Shown here: positions 37,141 through 46,709 of the stretch, piece after piece
How the letters are laid out: each line of letters starts with the position of its first letter
How positions within the stretch are numbered: position 1 is the stretch's first letter
NCBI GenBank assembly: GCA_949289455.1
Contig: CASEOA010000021.1
Coordinates: forward strand, 5,282-69,281
Origin: an uncultured Eubacteriales bacterium
Lineage (GTDB): Bacteria > Bacillota > Clostridia > Oscillospirales > Oscillospiraceae
Length of the DNA: 64,000 nucleotides
Reading direction: 5' to 3'
Notes under the pieces: model-generated
Told to the model about the DNA's origin: nothing
The model's input: only the letters and a program-made list of their open reading frames with translations
Databases searched by the model: none
Program-made: the position numbers and the translations under genes

Positions 37141-38046
37141 ATGAGCGATCTGAAAAAATACCAGGGCGTGATCCCCGCCTTCTATGCCTGCTATGACGAG
37201 GCCGGCAACATCTCCCCCGAGGGCGTAAAGGCCCTCACCCGCTACCTCATCGGCAAGGGCGTCAACGGCCTGTATGTGGGCGGCTCCTCCGGCGAGTGCA
37301 TCTACCAGAGCGTGGAAGAGCGCAAGGTGGTGCTGGAGAACGTGATGGCGGAGGCCAAGGGCAAGGTGGTTATCATTGCCCACGTGGCCTGCAACAACAC
37401 TGCCGACAGCATGGAGCTGGCTGCCCACGCCGAGAGCCTGGGCGTGGACGCCATCGCCGCCATTCCCCCCATCTACTTCCACCTGCCCGAGTACGGCATT
37501 GCCCAGTACTGGAACGACATCTCCTCCGCCGCCCCCAACACCGACTTTGTGATTTACAACATCCCCCAGCTGGCCGGCGTGGCCCTGACCCCCTCTCTGC
37601 TGGCTGAGATGCAGAAGAATCCCAAGGTCATCGGCGTGAAGAACTCCTCCATGCCCGTCCAGGACATCCAGATGTGGAAGGACGCCGGGGTCATCGTGTT
37701 CAACGGGCCCGACGAGCAGTACATTTCCGGCCTGGCCATGGGCGCCTGCGCCGGCATCGGCGGCACCTACGCCGTCATGCCCGAGCTCTTCCTGAAGGTG
37801 TACGAGCACTTCCAGAAGGGCGAGATGGAGCCCGCCCGGGAGATCCAGAACGAGATCTGCCGGATCATCTACAAGATGTGCTCCGCTCACGGCAACCTGT
37901 ACGCCGTGATGAAGGGCATCCTGGCCAAGAGCGGCGTGGTGTGCGGCTCCGTCCGCAAGCCCATGCCCGGTCTCATTGACAGCGACGCCGCCGTGGTGGA
38001 CGAGTCCTACGCCATGATTACCGCCGCCATCGCCAAATACTGCTGA
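37141..38046 (+). CDS. nanA: N-acetylneuraminate lyase
   Basis: GVIPAFYACYD, GSSGECIYQS, IYNIPQ, GVKNSS, NGPDEQ, GGTY. Confidence 0.9.
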   Translation: MSDLKKYQGVIPAFYACYDEAGNISPEGVKALTRYLIGKGVNGLYVGGSSGECIYQSVEERKVVLENVMAEAKGKVVIIAHVACNNTADSMELAAHAESLGVDAIAAIPPIYFHLPEYGIAQYWNDISSAAPNTDFVIYNIPQLAGVALTPSLLAEMQKNPKVIGVKNSSMPVQDIQMWKDAGVIVFNGPDEQYISGLAMGACAGIGGTYAVMPELFLKVYEHFQKGEMEPAREIQNEICRIIYKMCSAHGNLYAVMKGILAKSGVVCGSVRKPMPGLIDSDAAVVDESYAMITAAIAKYC

Positions 38047-38112
38047 TCGGTTCAAACACAGGGGCGGGCTGTCCGCCCGCCCCAAATTTGAAAAGCTAGG
38101 AGTATGCTTATC

Positions 38113-38865
38113 ATGCGTATTTATCAATCGGAAGATTATAAGGCCATGAGCCGCCGGGCCGCCAACATCATCTCCGCCCAGGTCATCTACAAGCCCGACT
38201 GTGTACTGGGCCTGGCTACTGGCGGTACCCCCGTGGGCACCTACAAGCAGCTGGTGGAGTGGTACAAGAAGGGTGACCTGTCCTTTGCCGAGGTGCGGTC
38301 CGTCAACCTGGACGAGTATGTGGGCCTGTCCCCCCATCACGAACAGAGCTATCGCTACTTCATGCAGGATAACCTGTTCGACCACATTGACATCAAGCCG
38401 GAGAACACCCATGTGCTCAACGGCCTGGCCAAGAATCCCGAGGCGGAGTGCGCCGCCTACAACAAGCTGATCCAGGATCTGGGTGGCATTGATTTGCAGC
38501 TGCTGGGCATGGGCCACAACGGTCATATTGCCTTCAACGAGCCGGGCGACGACTTTGGCCTGGAGACCCATCTGGTCACCCTCACCGACCGCACCATCGA
38601 CGCCAACACCCGTTTCTTTGAGAGCCGGGACGAGGTGCCCCGCCACGCTCTGAGCATGGGCATCAAGAATATCATGCACGCCCGGCGGATTCTGATGGTG
38701 GTCAGCGGCGAGGACAAGGCGGAGGCTGTGTACAACGCCTTTGCCGGCCCCGTCACCAGAGACGTCCCCGCCTCTATTCTGCAACTCCATCCCGATGTGA
38801 CCCTGGTGGGCGACAAGGCCGCCCTCAGCAAGCTGGTGGAAGCGGGTGTGCCCGTATGCGGATAA
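38113..38865 (+). CDS. nagB: Glucosamine-6-phosphate deaminase
   Basis: LGLATGGTP, NLDEY, G.G.NGHIAFNEP, PASILQLH. Confidence 0.96.
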   Translation: MRIYQSEDYKAMSRRAANIISAQVIYKPDCVLGLATGGTPVGTYKQLVEWYKKGDLSFAEVRSVNLDEYVGLSPHHEQSYRYFMQDNLFDHIDIKPENTHVLNGLAKNPEAECAAYNKLIQDLGGIDLQLLGMGHNGHIAFNEPGDDFGLETHLVTLTDRTIDANTRFFESRDEVPRHALSMGIKNIMHARRILMVVSGEDKAEAVYNAFAGPVTRDVPASILQLHPDVTLVGDKAALSKLVEAGVPVCG

Positions 38866-39977
38866 CCGGCGGTCAGGTCTTTGACCTGCATGAGGGTTTT
38901 GTCCAGCGGGACCTGTGTTTCGACGGACGGCTCATCACCAATTCCAGCAGCGACGGGGAGAGCTATGACGCCTCCGGCTGCTATGTGATCCCCGGCCTCA
39001 CCGACGTGCATTTCCACGGCTGCAAGGGCCATGACTTCTCCGATGGCGACCCCGAGGGCCTGGAAATCATGGCCCAGTACGAGCTGTCCCGGGGCGTGAC
39101 TCAGATCTGCCCCGCCGGCATGACCCTGCTGGAGGAGCAGCTCACCAAGGTATGCCAGACTGCCGCCGCCCACAAGGCGGCCGACAAGCCCGGCGCCGCC
39201 CTCTGCGGCATCAACCTGGAGGGCCCCTTCCTCTCCATGGCCAAGAAGGGCGCTCAGAATGGCGATTGGCTCCATGCCCCCGATGTGGATATGCTCCATC
39301 GCCTGATGGCGGCCTCCCGCGGCCTGGTAAAGCTGGTGTCCCTGGCGCCCGAGGAGCCCGGCGCCATGGAGTTCATCAAGGCCGTGGAGAGCGAGGTCAC
39401 CATCTCCATTGCCCACACCACGGCGGACTATGATACCGCCATGGAAGCCTTCCGCCTGGGAGCCCGGCAGGCTACCCACCTGTTCAATGCCATGCCCGCC
39501 TTTACCCACCGCGCCCCCGGCGTGGTGGGGGCCGCCCTGGACAATCCCCAGGTGCGGGTGGAGCTCATCTGCGACGGCGTCCACATCCACCCCTCGGTGG
39601 TGCGGGCGGTATTCAAGATGTTCGGCGCCCAGCGGGTGATCCTGATTTCCGACACCATGCGGGCTGCCGGTATGCCCGACGGGGACTACACCCTGGGCGG
39701 CCAGGCGGTGCAGGTGAAGGGCAAGTACGCCACCCTGGCCGACGGCACCCTGGCCGGCTCGGTCACCGACCTGATGAGCTGCATGAAGACCGCTGTGTCT
39801 TTCGGCATCCCGCTGGCTGACGCCGTGCAGGCCGCCGCCGTCAATCCGGCCCAGGCCATTGGCGTCTTCAGCCGGGTGGGCAGCCTGGAGCCCGGGAAGC
39901 GGGCCAATCTGGTCATCCTGGATCAGGACCTGAACGTAAAAGACGTATTCTACCGCGGCCAGCTGGTTCGCGGCTGA
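38856..39977 (+). CDS. nagA: N-acetylglucosamine-6-phosphate deacetylase
   Basis: PGL.D.HFHG, LEGPF, AHT, THLFNAM, DG.HIHP, GTLAGS. Confidence 0.96.
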   Translation: MRITGGQVFDLHEGFVQRDLCFDGRLITNSSSDGESYDASGCYVIPGLTDVHFHGCKGHDFSDGDPEGLEIMAQYELSRGVTQICPAGMTLLEEQLTKVCQTAAAHKAADKPGAALCGINLEGPFLSMAKKGAQNGDWLHAPDVDMLHRLMAASRGLVKLVSLAPEEPGAMEFIKAVESEVTISIAHTTADYDTAMEAFRLGARQATHLFNAMPAFTHRAPGVVGAALDNPQVRVELICDGVHIHPSVVRAVFKMFGAQRVILISDTMRAAGMPDGDYTLGGQAVQVKGKYATLADGTLAGSVTDLMSCMKTAVSFGIPLADAVQAAAVNPAQAIGVFSRVGSLEPGKRANLVILDQDLNVKDVFYRGQLVRG

Positions 39978-40048
39978 ACGGACAGCAACCCCCAATTCTG
40001 GCCTCCCGGTTCTACTCCATTTCCCATAGGGCCGGGGGAGTCGTAAAA

Positions 40049-40170
40049 AAGGAGGAATCCCGCCGGGCCGGCGGTGCGGCAGTGTGGAGACCTGTCGTAA
40101 TGTCCCTGGAGTTTCGCTCTCCCGGGATAAGAGGGTATTTGCGGAGGCATTGCCCTTACGGCTCACGCAT
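40049..40170 (+). ncRNA. Putative structured cis-regulatory leader of the ABC ATPase gene
   Basis: Four consecutive hairpins between AAGGAGG (40049-40055) and ATG 40171; alternative long-range pairing TGCG/CGCA (manual pairing only). Confidence 0.5.
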
Positions 40171-41292
40171 ATGGCAACTGTGGTTCTGAAAGGCATCAAG
40201 AAGATTTATGACAACAAGGTGACCGCCGTCCACGACTTCAACCTGGAGATCGCCGATAAGGAGTTCATCGTGCTGGTCGGACCCTCCGGCTGCGGCAAGT
40301 CCACCACCCTTCGGATGGTGGCCGGCCTGGAGGACATCTCCGAGGGCGACCTGATCATCGGCGGCAAGCGGGTCAACGACGTGGAGCCCAAGGACCGTGA
40401 TATCGCCATGGTGTTCCAGAGCTACGCTCTGTATCCCCACATGACGGTATACGAGAACATGGCCTTCGCCCTGAAGCTGCGGAAGGTGCCCAAGGAGGAG
40501 ATCGACAAGAAGGTGCGGGAGGCCGCGGCGATTCTGGACATCACCCAGTACCTGGAGCGCAAGCCCAAGGCGCTGTCCGGCGGCCAGCGTCAGCGTGTGG
40601 CCATTGGCCGCGCCATCGTCCGTGATCCCCAGGTCTTCCTGATGGACGAACCTCTGTCCAACCTGGACGCCAAGCTGCGTAACCAGATGCGTGCGGAGAT
40701 CATCAAGCTGCGCCAGCGCATCAACACCACCTTCATTTACGTGACCCACGACCAGACCGAGGCCATGACCCTGGGCGACCGTATCGTCATCATGAAGGAC
40801 GGTTTCATCCAGCAGATCGGCACGCCTCAGGAGGTGTTCGACCGTCCCGCCAACCTGTTTGTGGCCGGGTTCATCGGCTCTCCCCAGATGAACTTCTTCG
40901 ACGGCAAGCTGACCAAGAAGGACGGCAAGTATCAGATTGCCGTGGCCGACGCCGTCATTGAACTGGCGGACAAGGCCCAGAAGATCCTGTCCGATAAGGG
41001 CGCCGGCGAGATGGACATCGTGGCCGGCATCCGTCCCGAGCACATTTCCTTCGCCGCTGTGGCCGGTCCTCACACCGTGTCCAGTACGGTGGACGTGTCC
41101 GAGATGATGGGCAGCGAAGTCTACCTCCATGTGACTGCCGCCGGCAAGGACGTGGTGCTGCGCATCCCCACCACCGACCTGCCTGAGGAGCACCGGGCTG
41201 GCATCCCCTATGGCACCGAGATCAACTTTGCGTTCCGCCCCGAGCTGGTTCATCTGTTTGATCCCCAGACCGACAAAAACCTGCTGTATTGA
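40171..41292 (+). CDS. Sugar ABC transporter ATP-binding protein (MsmK/MalK/UgpC family)
   Basis: GPSGCGKST, LSGGQRQR, MDEPLSNLD, VTHDQ, GIRPE. Confidence 0.95.
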   Translation: MATVVLKGIKKIYDNKVTAVHDFNLEIADKEFIVLVGPSGCGKSTTLRMVAGLEDISEGDLIIGGKRVNDVEPKDRDIAMVFQSYALYPHMTVYENMAFALKLRKVPKEEIDKKVREAAAILDITQYLERKPKALSGGQRQRVAIGRAIVRDPQVFLMDEPLSNLDAKLRNQMRAEIIKLRQRINTTFIYVTHDQTEAMTLGDRIVIMKDGFIQQIGTPQEVFDRPANLFVAGFIGSPQMNFFDGKLTKKDGKYQIAVADAVIELADKAQKILSDKGAGEMDIVAGIRPEHISFAAVAGPHTVSSTVDVSEMMGSEVYLHVTAAGKDVVLRIPTTDLPEEHRAGIPYGTEINFAFRPELVHLFDPQTDKNLLY

Positions 41293-41303
41293 TCCTTCCA
41301 CAG

Positions 41304-41336
41304 AAAATCCCCGGCGCGTATGCGCCGGGGATTTTT
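41304..41336. terminator. Bidirectional terminator
   Basis: AAAATCCCCGGCGC-GTAT-GCGCCGGGGATTTT. Confidence 0.85.
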
Positions 41337-42879
41337 ATGCCAGAGGGGCCAGGACCCGGAGGATGGAGCGGAAGAGCCGCCGTGGCCAGGATCGGGCCAG
41401 GCAGTGCTCCAGGGTGATGGGGGTGCACTGGAGCTGGGAGGCCAGGAAGTCGGCCTTGATATCCAGAATGGAGGGGTCCCGGTAGAGGAGCACGGCGTTT
41501 TCAAAGTGGAGGAACATACTGCGGTAGTCCATATTGATGGTGCCCACCACCCCGTACTTGTCGTCGGCCACCACGTTTTTGGCGTGGACGAAGCCGGGGG
41601 TGTACTCCAGAATGGTGACCCCCGCCTCCAGCAGGGGCTGGTAGTGGGCCCGGGTGAGCTCAAAGACGGTGGGCTTGTCCGGAATGTGGGGGGTCATGAT
41701 GCGCACATCCACCCCTGACTTGGCGGCGTTGCACAGGGCGGTATTCACCGCACTGCTCACGATCAGGTAGGGGGTCATGAAGTAGATATATTTTCTGGCC
41801 CGGGCGATGAGATTGAGGTAGACCGCCTCTCCCACCGGCTCGTTGTCCAGGGGGTTGTCGGTATAGGGCTGGACAAAGCAGTCTTTACCCAGCTGGGCCT
41901 CCAGCGGCAGAGAGGTGGGCCGAAAGGCGTGATAATCCTCTGTTACCTCCCGGATATACTCCCACATGGTGAGGAACATCACCGTCATGCTCCAGGCGGC
42001 CTCCCCCTTCACCAGGATGGCGCTGTCCTTCCAGTGGCCAAACCGGAGTTTTTGGTTGATATACTCGTCGGCCAGATTGATACCGCCGGTGAAAGCGGTG
42101 TGGCCGTCGATGATACAGAACTTCCGGTGGTCCCGGTTGTTCATGCGGATGGAGATCACCGGGCGAAAGGGGTTGAAGCAGCAGCAGGGGATGCCGGTCT
42201 CCGCTTCAAACCAGGTGGCAAAGTGGGCCGGCAGGGTGGCCAGGGAGCCCACGTCGTCATAAATTACCCGTACATCTACCCCGGCGGCGTGCTTTTCTTT
42301 CAGAATATCCACAACGCTGTCCCAGAACCGGCCGGGAGCGATGATGAAGTACTCCAGAAAAATGTATCGCTCCGCCTTGCGCAGCTCCTCCAGCATTACA
42401 GGAAAAAGGTCGTCTCCCAGAGGAAAATACCGGGTCCAGGTGTTGGTGTACACCGGACAGCGGGCGCAGTACTCCAGATAGCGGGCCAGGGTCACCTCAT
42501 CCGTCCCCAGCTTAGCCAGGTGCTCTGCTTTGTTGTCGCCCTCCAGCTGCTCCAGCATAGTGCGGTCCATGCCCGCCATCTTCCGCTGCTGCCGGGGGGA
42601 GAGCCGGTTGCCGCCGCACAGCAGGTAGAGCAGCCAGCCGAACATGGGAAAGAGAAGGATGGGAATAATCCAGGCGATCTTGTACCCTGGATCGGTTTGG
42701 CGGCTGACGATGACCAGCACCGCCAGGGCGGACAGTACCACGCAGATCCAGTAGACATAGACGTAGTAGCTGGAGATCCATATCGTAGGCACCAGCAGCA
42801 CCAGCAGCTGTAGGACGATCAGCAGGGAGACCATGACCGTCCGCTGAAAGAGAAATGAGGTAATCTTTTTGACGTTCAA
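41335..42879 (-). CDS. cls: Cardiolipin synthase
   Basis: Two HKD motifs (RDHRK....DG, HAK....D), N-terminal TMs; TTG start with AAGGAGG. Confidence 0.93.
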   Translation of the reverse strand: MNVKKITSFLFQRTVMVSLLIVLQLLVLLVPTIWISSYYVYVYWICVVLSALAVLVIVSRQTDPGYKIAWIIPILLFPMFGWLLYLLCGGNRLSPRQQRKMAGMDRTMLEQLEGDNKAEHLAKLGTDEVTLARYLEYCARCPVYTNTWTRYFPLGDDLFPVMLEELRKAERYIFLEYFIIAPGRFWDSVVDILKEKHAAGVDVRVIYDDVGSLATLPAHFATWFEAETGIPCCCFNPFRPVISIRMNNRDHRKFCIIDGHTAFTGGINLADEYINQKLRFGHWKDSAILVKGEAAWSMTVMFLTMWEYIREVTEDYHAFRPTSLPLEAQLGKDCFVQPYTDNPLDNEPVGEAVYLNLIARARKYIYFMTPYLIVSSAVNTALCNAAKSGVDVRIMTPHIPDKPTVFELTRAHYQPLLEAGVTILEYTPGFVHAKNVVADDKYGVVGTINMDYRSMFLHFENAVLLYRDPSILDIKADFLASQLQCTPITLEHCLARSWPRRLFRSILRVLAPLA

Positions 42880-42905
42880 GGGGACCTCCTTTTTGGCGAG
42901 AGGGG

Positions 42906-45900
42906 TTACTTGACCACCACATTCTCCCGACCCAGCAGCTCCTCCAGCTCAGCCACCAGTGCGGGGTGGACCAGGCAGGGCGAGACCAGCAGCTTTCCGG
43001 TGTCGGCGCAGCGTACCGTAAGCCGTTCCTGACCGGGGAACATGGTGAGAACCAGGCGGATCCTGTCCCAAATAGGGTTCTGTACCCCCGGTATGCGGAT
43101 GTACAGCCGCTTGGTTTGCGTCTGCTGCGCTGGAGGTGGAACGTCGCTGTTGATGTGGTCCAGTGGGCGGATGCGGTCACACATGAGCTGAGGGGCCTTT
43201 TCATCCCGGACCGAGATGCGGCCCTCGGCCAGCAGAGGCACATTTTCCTTCAGATAGGGTCCGCACTCCCCCAGGACTTTGGAGAACACCAGCAGTTCCA
43301 TAGAGCCGGTGTCGTCCTCCAGGGTGACATAGGCCATCAGGGTGTTGTTCCGGGTGGTGCGGGTGCGGGAGGCGGACACCACGCCGGCGATGGTCACCCG
43401 CTGCTCGTCCCGGAAGGTGGTAGGCCCGTCGTCCTGGTCGAAGTCGGACACGATAGCCCCGATGGACACCGCCTTCAGCCGCTTCACCAGCGCCCGGTAC
43501 TCGTCCATAGGGTGCCCCGACAGGTAGAGGCCGGTGGTGGCCTTCTCCATGCTCATCAGCTCCTGCCGGGAGAATTCAGGGATATTCTTCAGGCTAAGCT
43601 GGGGGGCGGACTGGGGCTCATCCCCGCCGCCGCCGAAGAGGTCAAATTGACCCTCCAGATTTTTCCGCTTATTTTGGGCAATGGTGTCCACCAGGGACTC
43701 GTAGGCATCCAGCAGCTGGGACCGGGGGATGCCCATGCTGTCAAAAGCGCCGCACTTGATAAGGCTTTCCAGTACCCGCTTGTTCAGGTCGGCGTCAAAC
43801 ATCCGTTGGCAGAAGTCGGGGAAGGAGTGGAAGGTGGCCTTTTGCCGCTCTTTCAGCACATCATTGATAAAGCCCCGGCCAACCCCCTTGACCGCCGCCA
43901 GGCCGAAGCGGAGATTTTGACCGGATACGGTAAAATCGGCCTCCGACTCGTTGATGTCGGGGGGCAGCAGAGGAATGCCGCACTCCTTGCACTCGGCGAT
44001 ATACTCGGCCACCTTTTCGCTGGAGTCCAGCACCGAGGTGAGGAGGGCGGCCATATACTCCTTGGTATAGTGGCATTTGAACCAGGCGGTCTGGTAAGCC
44101 ACCACAGCGTAGCTCACGGCGTGGGCCTTGTTAAAGGCGTACTCGGCAAAGGCCTCGATCTCATCATAGATGTCCTCGGCGGTCTGCTGGGGGATACCGT
44201 TGGCAATGCAGCCGGCAATGCCCCGGTCGGAGTCGCCGTGGACGAAGGTGTGCCGTTCCTTCTCAATCTGGGCCCGCTTTTTTTTGGAGATAGCCCGGCG
44301 CACCATGTCGGCCTGACCCATGGTGTATCCCGCCAGCTGGCGGAAGATCTCAATAACCTGCTCCTGATAGACAATACAGCCGTAGGTTACCGACAAGATG
44401 GGCTCCAGGGTGGGATGCTTGTACTTTACTTGCTCCGGATTGTGCTTGCAGGCGATGAACCGGGGGATGGAGACCATGGGGCCGGGCCGGTAGAGGGCGA
44501 TAATAGCGGTGATGTCCTCCAGGTTGTGGGGCTTGAGCCCCACGCATACCCCGGTCATGCCGGTGGATTCCATCTGGAACACGCCGGAAGTCTTGCCATC
44601 GGATAACATCTGAAAGACCGACTGGTCGTTGTCCGGTATGTCCGCCAGGGAAAAGTCGGGCCGAGTCTTTCGCACCAGGGCAATGGTATCCTCCAGCACG
44701 GTCAGGTTGCGCAGGCCCAGAAAGTCCATCTTCAGCAGGCCCAGCTCCTCCAGGGTAGTCATGACGTACTGGGTGACCACCGAGTCGTCGTTCTTGGCCA
44801 GGGGCACATAGTCCACCACCGGCCGGCGGGTGATGACCACCCCGGCGGCGTGGGTGGAGGCGTGGCGGGGCATACCCTCGATGGCCTTGGCGGTGTCGAT
44901 CAGGCTCTTGACCTGAGGGTCTCCCTCATAGGCGTCCCGCAGGGGTTTGGACAGCTGCAAGGCGGTGTCCATGGTGATGGGCTTGTTGTCCGGGCCTCTG
45001 GTGGGTACCTGCTTGGCCACCGTGTCCACCTCGGCGTAGGGGATATTCAGGGCCCGGCCCACGTCCCGGATGGCCGCCCGGGGGGCCATGGTACCGAAGG
45101 TGACGATTTGGGCCACATGGTCGGCGCCGTACTTGTCCTGGACGTACTCGATCACCTCCTGCCGCCGGCGGATGCAGAAGTCAATGTCGATATCGGGCAT
45201 GGTGACCCGCTCGGGGTTGAGAAAGCGCTCGAAGAAGAGGGAGTACTTCATGGGGTCCACGTTGGTGATGTTCATGCAGTAGGCCACCATGGACCCCGCC
45301 GCCGAGCCGCGGCCGGGCCCCACCGGGATGCCCTGGCGTTTAGCATACCCAATAAAATCGGACACGATGAGGAAATAGTCCACAAAGCCCATCTGCCGGA
45401 TGACCCCCATCTCGTAGGTCAGCCGGTCCCGGTAGCCTTCCGGATCGCTGGGATACCGGCGGGCATAGCCCTCCTCACACAGCTTCTGGAAATAGGCGTC
45501 GCCGTCAGAATATCCCTCCGGCAGCTTGAACTCCGGCAGGTGGTAGGTGCCGAACTGAAAGTCCATGTTACACAGGTCGGCGATTTTCAGGGTGTTTTCC
45601 ACCGCCTCCGGCCAGTCGGGGAAGAGGGCGGCCATCTCCTCGGTGGACTTGACGTAGAGCTCGCTGGTTTCCATCTTCAGCCGGTTGGGATCGTCCACCG
45701 TCTTGCCCATCTGGATGCACATGAGGATGTCCTGGGTCTGGGCGTCCTCCCGGCGGAGGTAGTGGGCGTCGTTGGTGACCACCAGTGGGATGCCGGTCTC
45801 CTGGTGGATGCGGATGAGCCCCTGGTTGATGGCCGGGTCGTTGGGCAGATTGTGATCCTGGAGCTCCAGGTAATAGCCGTCTGCCCCGAAGAGATCCCGC

Positions 45901-46382
45901 ATCTCCAGGGCAATGGCCTTGGCCCCCTGGTAGTCTCCAGCCAGGATGCGCCGGGGTACCTCCCCGGACTGGCAGGCCGACAGGGCGATGAGTCCCCCAG
46001 CGTGCTGCCGCAGCAGTTCCTTGTCGATGCGGGGGCGGTTGTAGAAGCCCTCGGTAAAAGCCAGGGAGTCCAGGTAGCACAGGTTGCGGTAGCCCTCCTC
46101 GTTGCGGCACAGGAGGATCAGGTGGTATGCCCCGGCGTCCAGTTCATGGACCCGGTCGGTGCGGCCCCGGGGAGCCACATACACCTCGCAGCCGATGATG
46201 GGCTTGATTCCCTCCGCCTTGCAGGCCTTGTAGAAGTCCACCACCCCGTACATGACCCCGTGGTCGGTGATGGCCACGGCGGGCTGGCCCAGCTCCTTCA
46301 CCCGCTTGACCAGCAGGGGGATGCGGCAGGCCCCGTCCAGCAGGGAAAACTCGGTATGGACGTGCAGGTGGACAAAGGACAT
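42906..46382 (-). CDS. dnaE: DNA polymerase III alpha subunit
   Basis: HLHVHTEFSLLDG PHP domain, GPGRGSAAGS, MPDIDIDF, FNKAHA, OB fold. Confidence 0.98.
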   Translation of the reverse strand: MSFVHLHVHTEFSLLDGACRIPLLVKRVKELGQPAVAITDHGVMYGVVDFYKACKAEGIKPIIGCEVYVAPRGRTDRVHELDAGAYHLILLCRNEEGYRNLCYLDSLAFTEGFYNRPRIDKELLRQHAGGLIALSACQSGEVPRRILAGDYQGAKAIALEMRDLFGADGYYLELQDHNLPNDPAINQGLIRIHQETGIPLVVTNDAHYLRREDAQTQDILMCIQMGKTVDDPNRLKMETSELYVKSTEEMAALFPDWPEAVENTLKIADLCNMDFQFGTYHLPEFKLPEGYSDGDAYFQKLCEEGYARRYPSDPEGYRDRLTYEMGVIRQMGFVDYFLIVSDFIGYAKRQGIPVGPGRGSAAGSMVAYCMNITNVDPMKYSLFFERFLNPERVTMPDIDIDFCIRRRQEVIEYVQDKYGADHVAQIVTFGTMAPRAAIRDVGRALNIPYAEVDTVAKQVPTRGPDNKPITMDTALQLSKPLRDAYEGDPQVKSLIDTAKAIEGMPRHASTHAAGVVITRRPVVDYVPLAKNDDSVVTQYVMTTLEELGLLKMDFLGLRNLTVLEDTIALVRKTRPDFSLADIPDNDQSVFQMLSDGKTSGVFQMESTGMTGVCVGLKPHNLEDITAIIALYRPGPMVSIPRFIACKHNPEQVKYKHPTLEPILSVTYGCIVYQEQVIEIFRQLAGYTMGQADMVRRAISKKKRAQIEKERHTFVHGDSDRGIAGCIANGIPQQTAEDIYDEIEAFAEYAFNKAHAVSYAVVAYQTAWFKCHYTKEYMAALLTSVLDSSEKVAEYIAECKECGIPLLPPDINESEADFTVSGQNLRFGLAAVKGVGRGFINDVLKERQKATFHSFPDFCQRMFDADLNKRVLESLIKCGAFDSMGIPRSQLLDAYESLVDTIAQNKRKNLEGQFDLFGGGGDEPQSAPQLSLKNIPEFSRQELMSMEKATTGLYLSGHPMDEYRALVKRLKAVSIGAIVSDFDQDDGPTTFRDEQRVTIAGVVSASRTRTTRNNTLMAYVTLEDDTGSMELLVFSKVLGECGPYLKENVPLLAEGRISVRDEKAPQLMCDRIRPLDHINSDVPPPAQQTQTKRLYIRIPGVQNPIWDRIRLVLTMFPGQERLTVRCADTGKLLVSPCLVHPALVAELEELLGRENVVVK

Positions 46383-46394
46383 GGGGATACCTCC

Positions 46395-46679
46395 TTAGTT
46401 GCGGGTGTTGTGATCCTCCAGAATGGCGCCGCACCGGGGACAGCGGGGGATTTGGAGGCGGGTGTGGGGCCCAAACCGGGCTGGAATAGGCCAGCCGCAG
46501 TGGGGGCAGCGCTTTGCCAGGGAGAGCCCCAGCAGAACAAGAAAGAGCAGCAGGCAGCCCAGTCCGCCAAAGACCAGAGCCAGGGCCAGGGGGCGGATCA
46601 GATCCAGAAAAGCCCCAGCCAGCATGGCGGCCAGACTGAGACAGCTTAACAGGAGAAAGAGACGGGGAGAGCGGCGCAT
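46395..46679 (-). CDS. Small 2-TM protein with C-terminal zinc ribbon (CPHCG...CPRCG)
   Basis: AAGGAGG RBS, two hydrophobic helices, two CxxC pairs. Confidence 0.75.
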   Translation of the reverse strand: MRRSPRLFLLLSCLSLAAMLAGAFLDLIRPLALALVFGGLGCLLLFLVLLGLSLAKRCPHCGWPIPARFGPHTRLQIPRCPRCGAILEDHNTRN

Positions 46680-46709
46680 GGTTACCTCCTTTCCCAAAGG
46701 ACGGGTGGC

